From NCBI GenBank assembly GCA_024679065.1, contig JAGIQG010000006.1, forward strand, positions 54,436,001 to 54,500,000: a stretch of 64,000 bases of DNA, written 5' to 3'. Under the pieces are notes generated by a model. The model made no database searches. It saw only the letters and a program-made list of their open reading frames with translations, and had not been told where the DNA came from. A program made the position numbers and the translations under genes. This stretch comes from Sphyrna mokarran. Lineage: Eukaryota. How positions within the stretch are numbered: the first letter of the stretch is position 1; each line of letters starts with the position of its first letter. Shown in pieces: positions 35,777-49,448 of the stretch.

Positions 35777-36540
35777 AGAGATGGATTTGTGGAGAGCTCC
35801 CTACCCTCATCCCATTCCTCCTCCAGTCTCCTGGATCTGTCTGATTTTGCAAGAAAATGTCTCCTGCAAGACAAAGGGCAGAGTGTGAGTGATTGAGGTG
35901 CAAAGTGCTTGAGTGATGGGTCTGCCATAATTAAACAACTGGAGGTATGATTTGTAATGTGAGGATGCACACTCTCACTTTTAAAGTCTACGTGAAATCA
36001 TTGTTTTTTTCCTGAACTTCTGTTGCATGATTCCAGATTCCCAGCATTGTCCTCCCAGGTGACTTGTTCCTCTTTCATTTTCAAGCTGAATTATGTGGGT
36101 AAGTTAAATGATAAATGTGGAATGGGATCTTACAAGTTGTCTGGAGGTGTGAGGCAGGGAATATGCCGAAGGTAGCTTATTTATATGCGTATTATACCCC
36201 TTGCTGACATTTTACCCCCCTCCTCCCTGCATGGGGAAAACAGCAGATACAATAAAAGCTTTCTCACCTGCTCTTCTTCCCCCTTAATCTCAACAGCTAC
36301 CATCCCTATTGGTTTTGTTGCCAAGGCTACCAAGCTGCTGGCCCTCTGATTAGGTCAAATCCTCACTGTGGTCCACCCATGTTAACTGAGAAACTATACT
36401 TAATCCAGGTGGCAGGACTCCCAGTGTACCAGTAAAATTCCACAGGGAAATTATGATGGGAAAAGCTGATATTAAAGAATGACTAGGAAATGTAGGAATA
36501 GAATGAAAATAATTGTGCAAAGTACCTTGTAGGTAAATCT

Positions 36541-36711
36541 TTCAATGTTGCTGGTCAAAATCCTGGAGCAGCACTGTGGGTGTACCTACACCTCAGAGAC
36601 TGCAGCGGTTCAAGAAGGAAGCTCACCACTACCTTTCCAAAGGTGATTAAGGATGAGCAATAAATGTTGCCTTAGCCATCGATGCACACTTCCCATAACT
36701 GAATAAAAAAT
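36541..36711 (+). mobile_element. LINE-type 3' end (same family as 25235-25372)
   Basis: GCTGGTCAAAATCCTGG...GACTGCAGCGGTTCAAGAAGG...AATAAATG..TGAATAAAAAA. Confidence 0.7.
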
Positions 36712-37911
36712 AATTTAAAATGTTACATACAAACTTACATTGATTCATAATATATATGTTGTAACCAAGAGGGCTACTGGCTTTCACTGTAAAAAATACA
36801 TATTACAATTATACAAGACATTGCCATCTAACTCTACTCCAAGGTTTTAATTTGCTTACATTCATGGTCAGCTAGAACTGAAATGTCCCACAGAGCCAAC
36901 TAAACACTGGCAGCTAGTTCAAAAATGCTACTTAATTAGCTGGAACCACTAGTTTGACCTTAAGCACATGTTAGGGCTTTTACTTGCATTCCTAATAGGG
37001 GATATACTGCAGTAGTTGCAATTGATGTGAAAACTTTATGAGAGAGTTGAATTGTTGACAAAATCTTAATAGTTCAAAGTATTTGTCTAAGCTGGAAAGT
37101 CATTTATCCAAATTTCTCAGACAGTTGTAACTGTTTCAAAGCAGAACATATTTCATTTTGAAATCACAGATATTGATCAAGAGATCTGGATATTCTAAAA
37201 TATTCCAGATGGAAGCTGTTTTTTTCTTTGAAACTTTTCCCTGCAGTTAAACACATCTGATTGCAATCCAGACCAAATAAAGATGAGATTGGACCTAAGA
37301 AAGTACTTGTACCAAATGAATCATTTAACATGGATTCTGGCTACACTGGCACAAACTAGCAATGCCTGTTAAGTGGATTAGTTCCCAGGGCATCAATCAG
37401 GGAACTGAGGGCTCCCTCAATGTTAAGATTAATTTTTTTTTGCTCAACCATCAAAACAGCTCTATACCATATTGTCCTTTGTGAATATTGGCCGTGTAAC
37501 AATAATCACTGCAAAGTAATTCTGTGCTGGTGTAGTCCTAGTGTTCCCAAGAGAAGTGATAAAGTGCTACACAAAATATGCCCCTTTCTCACATAGAGCA
37601 GTGGTATGGTGAAGCCTTTCGAACATCATATTTTAATAATCATTTTATATCCTACCCTGAATTAGAATTTGAATCCCTCTTTCAATTCATCTTACAGCAA
37701 CCAACCAAAATATATAAAGGGCCCTAAAATAAGCAAAACTAAATTTCTAACCAATGTTGACATGGACAGATCATGGAAGGGTAAAAACAAAACTATTCCA
37801 TTAAAAATATGCAGACATTGAAAGATTCTGTGGTGCAGTGAAATACCTCTTTTGAACAACTCCATTCAAGTAGCCACTGACAGCAACACATCCCAAATCT
37901 CATATGGTATC

Positions 37912-38222
37912 GAATCATAGAATAGAGTCCTGATAGTGCACAAGAATGCCCATTCAATCCATCAAGCCTACACCAACTCTCTGACAGAGTATTTTACCCA
38001 GAGTTTCTCCCCTGCCCTATTCCCATAACCCCACATTTTTCCCATGGCTAATTCACCTAACTTGCACACCTTTGGATTGTGGGAGAAAACTGGAGTACCC
38101 AGAGGAAACTACGCAGACAGTGGAAGATCGTGCAAACTCTGAGCACGCTGTAACCCAATACCAGAATTGAACCCAAGTCCCTGATGCTGTGAGACATGAG
38201 TGCTGCAATGCTGCCACCAAGC
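37912..38222 (-). mobile_element. HE1-type V-SINE, full length, diverged
   Basis: tRNA-like head, GGGTTCAATTC B box, V domain, (CATAGAAT) tail. Confidence 0.85.
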
Positions 38223-39559
38223 TACCCTATAATTTGCATGATAGAGACATATTTCTGTACCTGTACCAGCACATCGATTATATCGATCCTACTCAGATAG
38301 AAAGCTTTGAAATGGAATTTTGTTATTCCAATTGTGATGTTATGTGGCCAGCAGGGCCAAAAATCTTGTAAATTTTGTTCCTCCACCAGTGAAGAACTGC
38401 TCCTTCTACCCTGGTAGGACAACAATAATCAAATTGTATCAGGCCATTGTTTCTTTCTTAGCAGGTCCCACAATGTCTAGAACAGGATCTGTGCAGATGT
38501 AGATCCAACTAGACCTATGAGGATACGGGTAGGGATTAGAGGCACCAAGTATCTGAGAGGACAGAAGTGAAATATAGCGTAACTGGGTGACAGTAGAGGG
38601 AGGAAGGTAAAAGAAAAGGACACAAGTGAGATCAAAATACAAAGAAATTAGAGAGGACTAGGTCTGAGTACCAGCCAAAATATGCAGGTGGCTGTGCTTA
38701 TATAACAAAGCCCAGAAAAGAGACCTGTGGTAGTGACCTGGTCCTTCCCTCTCAGCATTTCTCCAAGCCTTATGGTCTCACATTTTCTCAGATACATCCT
38801 ATTTTCAATAGTGCCAGCATCCTAATACTGAGTGTCTTGTATCAAATATTATTGCCCTCAGCACTTCAATGTCACAATTAATGTTACAGAATCTGATGAA
38901 CCAACCACAGTTCACAGGTGCCAAACATCATTGGATCAATGACCTAATCAAACATTAAAATATTCCACAAAGCAAAGCTTACACATTCAGCCCCATTACC
39001 ACTGCCTTTGCCTTGTGTTTCATGGCATATTTATCATTGATTGCACCTTTCCCCATCAACCCCCTGCTCCTCTCCCTTCATCCTCCTCTAATCTATTCCT
39101 AATCCACTTTTCCACAATAAAAAAAATCTCACATTTACCTCTTTTCAGACCCATAAAATATTGGAATCAGAACATTGGGTGAGATTTTACCGACTTGCTG
39201 CCCAGGAACTGTAAAATTCCACCTAAGGTCGACAGACCTTCCCATGCTCCACCCCTCACCCACTCTGATCTTTCAGCATTTTCTGTTTTTGCAACATAGA
39301 TAGTCCTTTGCTTTTGTTTAAACATAGATTTGTTCTTTTGCAGCACATGAAGAGAAAATTTTTAAAATGTTTTTATACTTTGCTACAAATCGTGGCTCTT
39401 TGTAATTATTTATAAAAAGTAAAAATATGAACATTGGAGATCCAAAATATACTTCAGAAACACAGCCAGTTTGTTTTCAACTATAACGAGAACAGGACGT
39501 TTGTGCCTAGTTTTGCATTTATTTTGCACTTGTATGTGAGAGGAGGAAAAGGCAGTCTC

Positions 39560-40430
39560 ACAACTGTCATTCCTGGTGACCTGAGGTCATGTGGCATGGA
39601 GGAAATCCCCTTTAGGTAGAAAGTAAGCGCTCCCAGTCCATCACTGTGACTGTGGTATAAGCTGTCTATCAATTAATTGCAAACCGTAGCTCCTGTAGAT
39701 TTATTGAAGGATGTTAAAAAGATCTTCTGCCTGCTTTTACAGAAATGATAAACTAGAGAAAAGGTTTTAATTTCCTTAATTAACATCTTTTGTTTCAACA
39801 TTTACAAAAGGGCTGTAGAAGTAAAGCGCAGAGTTAGATCTGAAAGCCTGATGACAGAATCCTAAAGGAAAGGGCAGCAATTCAGGTCTGAACTGGATCT
39901 GAAAAGACTACTCTGGAACTGAAGAGCTTCTGTGCTTCCCAGCAGGCAGACACTCTGTGTGACTTCTGGCTGACAGCCAGAAGTGGCCATCAAGACACGG
40001 CTGTTCCCAGGTGGTGGTGGTAAGGGGGCAGATTGTGACACTAGATTTCTTCATTGGATTACACATTTTGCACATTCTTTCATCCTTTACTCCCTTTGAC
40101 AAGTCTTTTAAAGTCATACATCAGAGCGTTATAAAGAAGGTTTTGACCGATTACAAAACAGGCGAGACACAGCAACTTCTCCCATGGCAGCATCTGCTGA
40201 ATAAAATGGAAAATTATGTTTTTTGGACACAGTGCAAAATTGTTGATATAGACCAGTGACAGATAGCCAGGAGACGCCTGGAAGATGAAATTCACTTACA
40301 TAAGATTAATAGAATTGCTGATAAGCTTGACCATTGATGGCACTAATTATAATACATGAAAGTAAATAAGTTTTCTAATGATAATGATTCAGTCTGTAAC
40401 TTGGCAGAGAAATGCCCTGAATTCTGGACA
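39560..40430. promoter_or_regulatory. Candidate conserved non-coding block
   Basis: No recognisable repeats; CAATTAATTG, TTAATTAA, TGACA and CCTTTGA motifs. Inference only. Confidence 0.35.
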
Positions 40431-40482
40431 TGCATTTCTTCATATCATGCTTCTTTCGTTTAACTGTTTAAGGTTGAGGCAG

Positions 40483-40778
40483 AGTAGTGGTGCAGTGGTT
40501 AGCACTGCTCCCTCACAGCGGCAGGGACCCAGGTTCAATTACAGCCTCAGGTCACTGCCTGTGTGGCATTTGCATATTCTCCCCATGTCTACTTGGGCTT
40601 TCTCTCACAGTCCAAGATGTGCCAGTTAGGTTGATTGGCCATGCTAAATTGACCCTAGTATCAGGGGGATTTGCAGGGTAAATGAGGATAACGAGAATAG
40701 GGTCTGGGTGGGATTGTGGTTGGTACAGACTTGATGGTCCAAATGGCCTCCTTCTATACTGCAGGGACTTTAGAATTA
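40483..40778 (+). mobile_element. HE1-type V-SINE
   Basis: A box TGGTGCAGTGG, B box GGTTCAATT, V domain, CR1-like tail. Confidence 0.9.
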
Positions 40779-41109
40779 CTCTAACATCTGGTATGAAAAA
40801 TACAGTAATATTGCAAATCTTTGAATAATTAATACTGAAAATCACTGTGAATATATTCAAAAACAGAATGCAATAATACAGGGCAAAAAAAATTAATTTC
40901 AGATATTTAAGGCATTGTGCTGCTCAAATGAGCATTATGAAGAGCAAAGCCACTATAACAGCTATTTTAGATGTCTGCACTGATTCAGCTCCCTTCCCCA
41001 GACACTTCTTTAAACTGCATAAAAACTTAGCATCCTTTTTGAGCCAGAAATTAATTTGAAATCTCACATCCAATCTGCAACAACTCTATTATTTAGATCC
41101 TTTTACTTA

Positions 41110-41620
41110 TTTAATATCCAAAGGTGTTTCATTGAAGGCTTTTGGAAAACAAACTACAAAATAAGAATTGAGACGCTAGGAGGGCAACCAAATGCTTGGT
41201 CAAACAAAATTTCTGACAAGATTTTTGAGGGTAGGGAGAGTGGAAAGGAAGGGGAGGGTTTTAGGAAAAGAATTCCAGAGCTTACAAGTAGGTCGCTGAA
41301 CACTCTGCCAACAATGGCGAGGTGAAGGAGACAGAAATACGCAAGTAGTCAAACTCAGGGATACAGCATGTTTTTGGGCAGTAAAATAAATGGATTTTAA
41401 ATTTATAGCATTGGGAGATAGGGAACAGACAGGCCAGCTGAGGCTGAGTAGGATTTAACCTGGGGTAGGATACAGGCAACATGGTTAAATCCTGTGGACA
41501 TTGGAGGATGAGAGGATGAGAAAGGAGAGTATTGAGGTAATTAAGCCTGGAAGTGATTTCAGCAAGATTAAATGTTTCATCTTAGAGGGACTAAGGTATA
41601 TAGGGGGTGGACAATGAGGA
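41110..41620 (-). mobile_element. Old L2-like LINE remnant
   Basis: GGTTTTAGGAAAAGAATTCCAGAGCTT...CTGCCAACAATGG resembles the reverse-complemented L2 3' ORF region. Confidence 0.45.
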
Positions 41621-41689
41621 GAAAGAAATCTTTGTGATTGAAATGTTATGGATTCTAAAACTCAGTTCCATTTCAAACATAACACCAAG

Positions 41690-42823
41690 GTACACCTAGA
41701 TAACAAAGACATCTATGACAGACTCCTATTTATTGACTACAGCTCAGCCCTCAATACCATTATTCCTACAAAACACATCTCTAAACTCCATGGCCTCCTG
41801 ACCTCCCTCTGCGACTGGATCTTGAACTTCCTAACTTACAGACCACAATCAGAAAGGATAGGCAACACCTCCTCCACCACCATCCTCAACATAGATGCCC
41901 ACAAGGCTGTGTCCTCAGCCCCCTAATATACTCCTTACACATCTATAATTGTGTGGCCAAATTCCCCTCCAATTTTAAGTTTGCTGATGACACCACCGTA
42001 GTGGTCGGACTTCAAACAATGAAGAGACAGACTACAGAAAAGAAATAGAGAATCTGGTGAACTGGTGCAGCAACAATAATCTCTGCCTCAATGTCAACAA
42101 AATGAATGAGATAGTCATCGACTTCAAGAGGCTTAGTGGAGGACATATTTCTGTCTGATTCAATGAAGATGAAATAGTAATTGTAGAGAGTTTCAAGTTT
42201 TTAGGTATCCAGATCACCAACAACCTGCCTTGCTTCTGCCATGCTGACACTATAGTTAAGAAAGCCCACCAACACCTCTACTTTCTCAGAAGACTGAGGA
42301 AATTTGGCATATCTGCTACAACTCTCACCAACTTTTATTGATGAACCATAGAAAGCATTCTTTCTGGTCATGCCACAGCTTGGTATGGCTCCTGCTCTAC
42401 CCAAGGCCATAATATACTACAAAAAGTCATGAATAAAGTCCAGTTCATCATTCAAACCAGCTTCCCACTGACTGACAGTGTGTACACTTCCTGCTGCCTT
42501 GGAAAAGCAGCCAACATAATTAGGGACCCCATGCATTCCTGACATACTCTCTTCCACTTTCTTTGGTTGGGAAAATGGTACGAAAGTCTGAAATCACGTA
42601 CCAACTGATTCAAGAACAGCTTCTTCTCTGCTGCCATTGGACTTTTGTATGGACCTACCTTATATTAAGTTGATCTTTTGTTTCAACTTAGCTGTGGCTG
42701 GAACACTACATCCTGCACTTTCTCGTTTCCTTATCTATATGCAGTATGCTTTGTCTGTAAAGCGCGCAAGAAACAATACTTTTCACTGTATGTTAATACA
42801 TGTGACAATAATAAATCAAATCA
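41690..42823 (+). mobile_element. Rex1/Babar LINE (RT to 3' end), degenerate
   Basis: [49 protein letters not shown]; tail GTGACAATAATAAATCAAATCA. Confidence 0.88.
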
Positions 42824-43959
42824 GGTTGTGAATAGTTTAATTTAGTCCATGAGAGTGATGAACAAATAAATGAATGAGCTCAGAGTTCAGTTTGTTTATA
42901 ACTGGAGCCAAATATATTGGCATTCATAATTACAACATTGACCATGAGAAGGTAATAAACACCTTAAGTGAGAGTGAAATATTGAGCAAGCATTTGGCAA
43001 TGTCGAGGCAATTCAGGAAACAATAAAGGTGTGTAACTAACATACATGTGAATACTGAGTGTAGTAGCCAGACTTTGTTAGCCTGATGCAGGGCAAAAAG
43101 AAGTTGGAGAGATCCTGACCTCATTTCCATCTACTGCTATTTTCAAAAGCACGGGATAAGAGTGTGGTTTGCAATTCTACACTCAGCAATCCAGACAATG
43201 ACCATTTTGGAAAGCTTCAAAAGGCACAGGTTTCACATCAGGTCAGCAGGGTTCAAAACCATGACATAATCCTGTTCCTGAGCCAGGAATCATTTATGTT
43301 CGAAAGATGTTTCCAACTTGGAAAGCCTCCAGTCTCTTGGCATTGCCCAGTATTATCCAAAGGAAGAATGAATCCAATTCTGTTTTACACCAGTTCTGCT
43401 GCAGGGGTTTCTGCAGAGCTGCCTGATAAATTACAGATTCCCATTTAAGAAACTCATCTGTATTTCCTGTTATGGTTTACTCCCTTATTCTGCCTCTGTC
43501 CCTTCACACGCAGTGGTCCTATTTTCCCATATTTGGGAGTCTGATTCGTGAGCACGAGAGCATAGTCAAATACCAGTGGGCCTGTGGATTGCAGCGGGGG
43601 GGTCTCCTCCAGGTCCCCTGCAGTGTAACTTGGGCCTGTGAGGTACCCAATTTTCTTATATTGCCAGGGAAGGCACTGCATACAGCTTGCTGATGATGAG
43701 GCTCTGTAGACATGTTCAGCTCTCTTTTTGCAGTAGTTGTACTGCTAGCCAGCAGTGAGAACTGAAAGCAAGAGGTGACACCCAGGCTGACCATGATTCA
43801 CTAGCCACTAAAGTAACACACTTGACTCAATCATGTCAACGAAGAAATGTCAGACACAACCAGAGAAGCCTTATTTCATTGAGCATTGAACATTGAACAA
43901 TCCTGCACACCAATGTGAAGGTTGTTCTTTATTATGTTTGAAGACAATGAACTGTGTCT

Positions 43960-44520
43960 TTGGAAGCCTATGTTACTGTTCCATGACAATGTTAAAATAA
44001 TGATCTTAAACAAATCTCCAAAATTAGTTGTATGAAGTGTCACAAAGTCAGTTTATTACAAACAGAAACAACAATTCTAATCCAGTAAATCGATTTAACA
44101 GAAGCTCATTTGCTATGTTTTCTTATCTTGCCTTTACTGTCAGGTCTCAATTCCCCCGGAATTCAATAGTGTCGACTGCCCGCATCAAATCACAGTACTG
44201 GAGGCACACAACTGCTCCATCAGCAGCTCTGACAGTGAATAATGCTGTAAAAGCAATCACCCCTCTTGCAGTCATTCTCTTTCTGGCATTTATTTTCAAA
44301 GAAAAATAAAGAACTACATACTGTGATGCAAACTGATGCCTTAAATTCAACATTACCAAATCAAATGACAAAGTTGTTCGCGGGCTGCTGCAGTGCTATA
44401 CAGTACTTGTTCCTACTTCCTGTAACTGCATCTTAAATAATGGAAGAGCAAGAATGATTTAATGCCTTTTGCTCTTTATGCCTGAAAATTGTCTATAAAT
44501 TGTCTAGATTTTAATGATAG
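43960..44520. promoter_or_regulatory. Candidate conserved non-coding block
   Basis: No recognisable repeats, retained CpGs, TGACAG, ATCAAA, TAAATCGATTTA, ATGCAAA motifs. Inference only. Confidence 0.35.
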
Positions 44521-47500
44521 TTATTGAAAGCTGAAGGATCTCTGTAGTGTCCCTTCCACCCCCATCATCTCCTTGCCAATCTGTTCATCAAAAAAATCAA
44601 TAAGTGTAAAACCATGATTTTATAACCCCATCACCATTTCCTGAGTTAGAAGCTCTATTCTTTCTGCATGTCTTTAAGCCTTGCTAATAATAACCGTGTT
44701 TCCCTTTGGAGATTAAAGAATAGGAAAAGCTAACAAAACCCAAGAAATGCAAATACCAAAAGAAATGCTCAATCCACAATTGCAAGTGTACCAATTAGTT
44801 GCCAAAAATATAGCTTAAAAAGTGTTGTGCGCAAGCCACAAACCTTTGCAAATCTCCCCCCCTCCCCCCATCATTATATTGCACTTAATACATAAAGTCT
44901 AATAGATTATAGAGGTGGTGTACAATGTTCAGGTGAATATCTTCAAAGATCTGAAGAGAACTATACAGGGACAATTCTGCTAGCTGAGGTTTCTAGGGCA
45001 ACAGCTGAGAAGTTTCATATACTTCTGATGTAAACACTTGCAGAAGGGTTGGAGGCGGAGGGGAGAGTGTCAAGGGGCTCCAGCAGGTTTTTTATTTTAA
45101 CTGTAATTTGAGGCCAGCAGTAACACTAGTTTCTGTACTAGTAACTACCAGCTGAAGCTCATGAGGTAGCCAGAGTACATTTCTATTTGAAATAAATGAA
45201 AATGTGTGCAATTCCTTCAGTAATTGAAAAGTTAACGATAAATCAGTCAGGTAAAGCACCCAGTATTTAGAGAACTCACTCAATTTCCATTCCATAGATT
45301 TCAGTGGAAAAAACACGACTGGTTTTGTGGCAACAGGCGATCAATAACCGCCCAACTGACAGAACTGGAAATGATTCCTGCTGCTTCAGAATGTTACTTA
45401 TCTCAGCTGGTCATTTTCATCAAATTTAGTCCTCAAAGATTGTCCTGAGTAGCACCCATAAATTGATTTTGAAGAGGCCTCTTTCAATTCAAAAATGGCA
45501 TCTGCGGCATCCGCTACTTACGCAAAATGCATCAAACGCCATCTGGACGAAGAGTTTAGTGTGCGTGTACCTAACATCTGCTGCAAGTATGGAGAGCAGT
45601 TAGTTCATGATGCTAAGTAGTATGCAATGCTGTTTTGATGCCAACATTGTCATCTTGAACCCCTCCCTCTCCCCCTCTCAGCACCCCCCACCTCCAATCC
45701 CACAGCCCCTTTCTATGCTTCCTTGCACATTAAAGGACCCATCCAATTTTACTCAAGAGCACAACCTAAAAACATAATCCACTAATAACAAGTTAATACA
45801 GCTTTTTTTCCCCTTCTGCCCAGACCAGTAGACCATTCTCTTGAAATTGAGCATAGCTGGGAGAGTAAATAGAGGCCATCCAGAGCAGGACAATCTGCTA
45901 GTAGAGGAAGCAGAAGAAGGAGAGAAAGAGGCTCAGTAGGAAGCCATAGCGCAGAAAGCTTTTCAGGAGCAAACATGCTGGAAAAGATATTTGGAATACT
46001 GGTAAGGTGAAGTATGTGAGGATCGAGTGAAATTGACAAATTGTGAGGCTGGTACTGCAGTTGATAAGATGTGCATTCATGAACTTCTGTGAGAATAATA
46101 AACTTGCTCCCACACTACTGTTCTTGGAAGTAAATTCCTTGCATTGACCTCTGTTGCTATCATTTGCTACCCCCATCTAAGCATGTGTTTGAAAGTCCTC
46201 CAGACTCTGAGAGTATAGGACATCATGCTCTGTTTCACTTCTTCCACCAGGATTTCCAGTGTAGTGTCTGAAAACCTTGGTGCTTGCTATCTTCCATTGT
46301 CAGTTACTGTTGATTGTTCGATAGCACTCCCTCAATGATCTCGCTGTCTCCTGTGCCATAATGCATGCTCCTTCAGGTAATGCAGGTTATCTTTGAGCCT
46401 GTGAGAAGAAGTAACTTGAGCCCATGCAGACACATGCAGCCAACCAGTGCAAACAGAAATAGTTACAACAAGCAGAACTTTATGTTCTCTCAGCATGGAT
46501 TTGCAGATGAGTGGGCCTGTAAAGATCCCAAGTGGTCGTCACATCACCATCTTGCCCACTCCTGATCTATCCACACTTTTACATTGGTGAGCAAGGTCTA
46601 GGATGTCCTACCCATCCTCACCCAAATTGAGGCCCTTGTGTGGTCAATTACTGAGGCTGGCAGCAGGAGTTCAGGATCAGGAGGAGCTGAGCAGATCTCC
46701 CTACTCAGGCCTCAGGCAAGAAGTCGAGTGCAGCTCCCTCAACGATCCCTTTTCCACATTGTACACTCTCCCTAAGATCTGCCCCTTACTGGTGCTCCCT
46801 TGCCCCTCCTCTCAATACCAGCCCTTCTCCTCAGCCCCCTTTTAGGCCTCATATTTTCTCCCTATGAGTTCATCCTGCTCTCACTGGATCCTGGATTCTG
46901 AGACTTACAATCTGGAACTGCTAATACTCCTAGTCCTGGCCACTGCTGCCACTGGTGTGCCAGGGCTATAGAGCTGCTGGCCAGGCAGATTAAGTGGGAG
47001 CATCCTGAGGTGAACTTTTGCCCAAGTGAGGCTTGGAAGTTCTGTCACCAACTAATAACATTAAATGACAGTGGGATAGCTGTGATCAGCAGGGATGCAT
47101 TCACAGCAGGAAATCCCTCTATGTGTAAAATCCTGCCCAATAAGAAGTTGGCACAAAGTTGGTTTCTGCATGTGTTCCACTGAACGAGCATGGTTTAATC
47201 ATGCATTGTGATCCCCACACCCATTCTTGGGGCTAACCAATTTAACCCCTCTTGTATTCTTCAATTTTATAAATATATTTTTTGCAAATTGGCAATTAGG
47301 AGCAGTAATCAATTTAAAACTCAATACATCAGATGCTGTGGAATTTTTAAATCGTGAAATTTTAAATGACTGTCTCAATTTTAAATGTTCTATTAACTCA
47401 TGCATACAGTGAGAAATTTGACTGAATCCTCCAGTTTTCCTACAGAAAGGCCATATGGTTATGAGAGGTTTTCTTTGGACAACACATGTTAGAAAAAAAA

Positions 47501-48332
47501 ACTGTTGTTTTTTAGTAGCAAGTTCTCTGTTTTCTCAGTCAATTCACTGGGTATGTTGAATGAGGTGCTAAATTTGTAATTTAAACTGCAAGCCATTTAA
47601 AATATGTTTTTTTTGGGCTAGGTTTCAATTTCTAACTAAACGGCTACATAATATTTACCAAATGTTTTCTTTTCAGAATAGACATTAGGAGGAAAATTCC
47701 AACACTTCAAAAGAAAAACTAGACTACTTAAAAGTTATTGTCTATAGACTCCCCCTCGCACCTGGACAAAAAGGGTTTCAGCAGAGATGTGTATGGCATT
47801 CTTTTACATTTTGATAGCTCTTTACTAGCTTTTTGTTAGCTGCTTTCTCATGGGAACTAACATACTGTGTGGTCTCACCATTGGGCACAAGTCTACAGCT
47901 GTGGCTATACTAGTTTCTAATGTTGCTCAAGATGTAAGTCACAGAGTGCTTTGCTGTCTTGATCAGGCCTTGCATGTGGCTTTGTGCTAGAATCATTTGT
48001 GTATAGCCATAATTGCCAGACAGAAAAAAGTAAATTTAATAGTTTTAGCATCAGCCATGTGTCAACTTGTAATAACTAACAGAAAATTCTGGAAGTACTC
48101 AGGCAGCTTTGACAGCACCTGTTCAGAGAGAGATAGAATTAATGGGTGAGATTCTTTGGCCATTCATGCCAATGGGATTCTCTGATCCCGCTGCAGTGAA
48201 TGAAGATTTGGTAGAGCCCCAAATTCTCCATACTCGCTGGCAGCAGTGGTGGGGTATGAACAGTTGCAGGTCCGGTCCTGTACTACTTTCACCCCTGTTT
48301 GTATCAAATAATTTTATTATTCTTTGAGTGCC

Positions 48333-49274
48333 CTTAGAACCATAGAACACTACAGCACAGAAACAGGCCTTTTGGCCCTTCTTAGCTGTGCGGAACCATT
48401 TTTCTGCCTAGTCCCACTGACCTGCACCCCTCTCATCCAGGTACCTGTCCAAGTTTTTCTTAAATGTTAAAATTGAGCCCGCATTTACCACTTCATCTGG
48501 CAGCTCATTCCACACTCCCAGCACCCTCTGTGTGAAGAACCTCCCCAAGCCCCTACAATATTCCCTTTAAACTTTTCCTTCTTCATCCTTAACCCATGTT
48601 TTCTAGCTTTTTTCTCCCCTAGCCTCAGTGGAAAAAGTCTGCTTGCATTCACTCTAACTATGACCATCATAATTTTATACACCTCTATCAAATCTCCCCT
48701 CATTCTTCTATGCTCCAGGGAATAAAGTCCTAACCGATTCAACCTTTCTCTGCAACTCAGTTTCTCAAGTCCCAGCAACATCCTTGTAAATCTTCTCTGC
48801 ACTCTTTCAATCTTATTAATATCCTTCCTGTAATTAGGTGACCAAAACTGTACACAATACTCTAATTTTGGCCTCACAAATGTCTTATAAAACGTCACCA
48901 TAACATTCCAACTCATACTCAATACTCTGATTTATAAAGGCCAATATTCCAAAAGCACTCTTTACAACCCTATCCACCTGAGACACCAGCTTTAAGGAAT
49001 TATATATTCTCAGATCCCTCTGTTCTACTACACTCTTCAATGTCCTCCCATTTATCTTGTATGTCCTACCTTGGTTTGTCCTTCCAAAGTTCAATACCTC
49101 ACACTTGTCTGTATTAAACTCCATTTGCCATTTTTCAGCCCATTTTTCCAGCTGTTCCAAATCCCTCTACAAACTTTGAAAACCTTCCTCACTGTCCACT
49201 ACACTTCCAATCTTTGTATCATCAGCAAATTTGCTGATCCAATTTACCACATTATCATCCAGATCATTGATGTC
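48333..49274 (-). mobile_element. CR1/HER1 LINE (RT C-terminus to 3' tail)
   Basis: ORFs 48485-48922 and 48885-49160 (WAEKWQMEFNTDKCEV, VRPKLEYCVQFWSP); KFADD; (AGAAC) tail. Confidence 0.92.
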
Positions 49275-49374
49275 AACTCACATGATGATATAATCTTTGT
49301 ATCATCAGCAAATTTGCTGATCCAATTCACCATATTATCATCCAGATCATTGATGTCAATTCACCTGATGAAGG
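49209..49374. repeat. 83-bp tandem duplication spanning a CR1/Penelope junction
   Basis: 49209-49291 is near-identical to 49292-49374. Confidence 0.9.
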
Positions 49375-49448
49375 AGCAGTGCTCCAAAAGCTCTTGGTTC
49401 CAAATAAACCTGTTGTACTTTAACCCTGGTGTTGAGACTTCTTTCTGT
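49360..49448 (+). mobile_element. Penelope family-A terminus with decayed hammerhead
   Basis: TCACCTGATGAAGGAGCAGTGCTCCAAAAGCT...AATAAACCTGTTG. Confidence 0.85.

Noticed and set aside
40483-40560. tRNA gene
   Set aside because: It is the tRNA-derived head of an HE1 SINE, continuing into the V domain and LINE tail; same for the other copies.
45162-45185. TGAGGTAG let-7 seed (also near 62463)
   Set aside because: The rest of the mature miRNA and the hairpin are absent; the second hit is inside a CR1.
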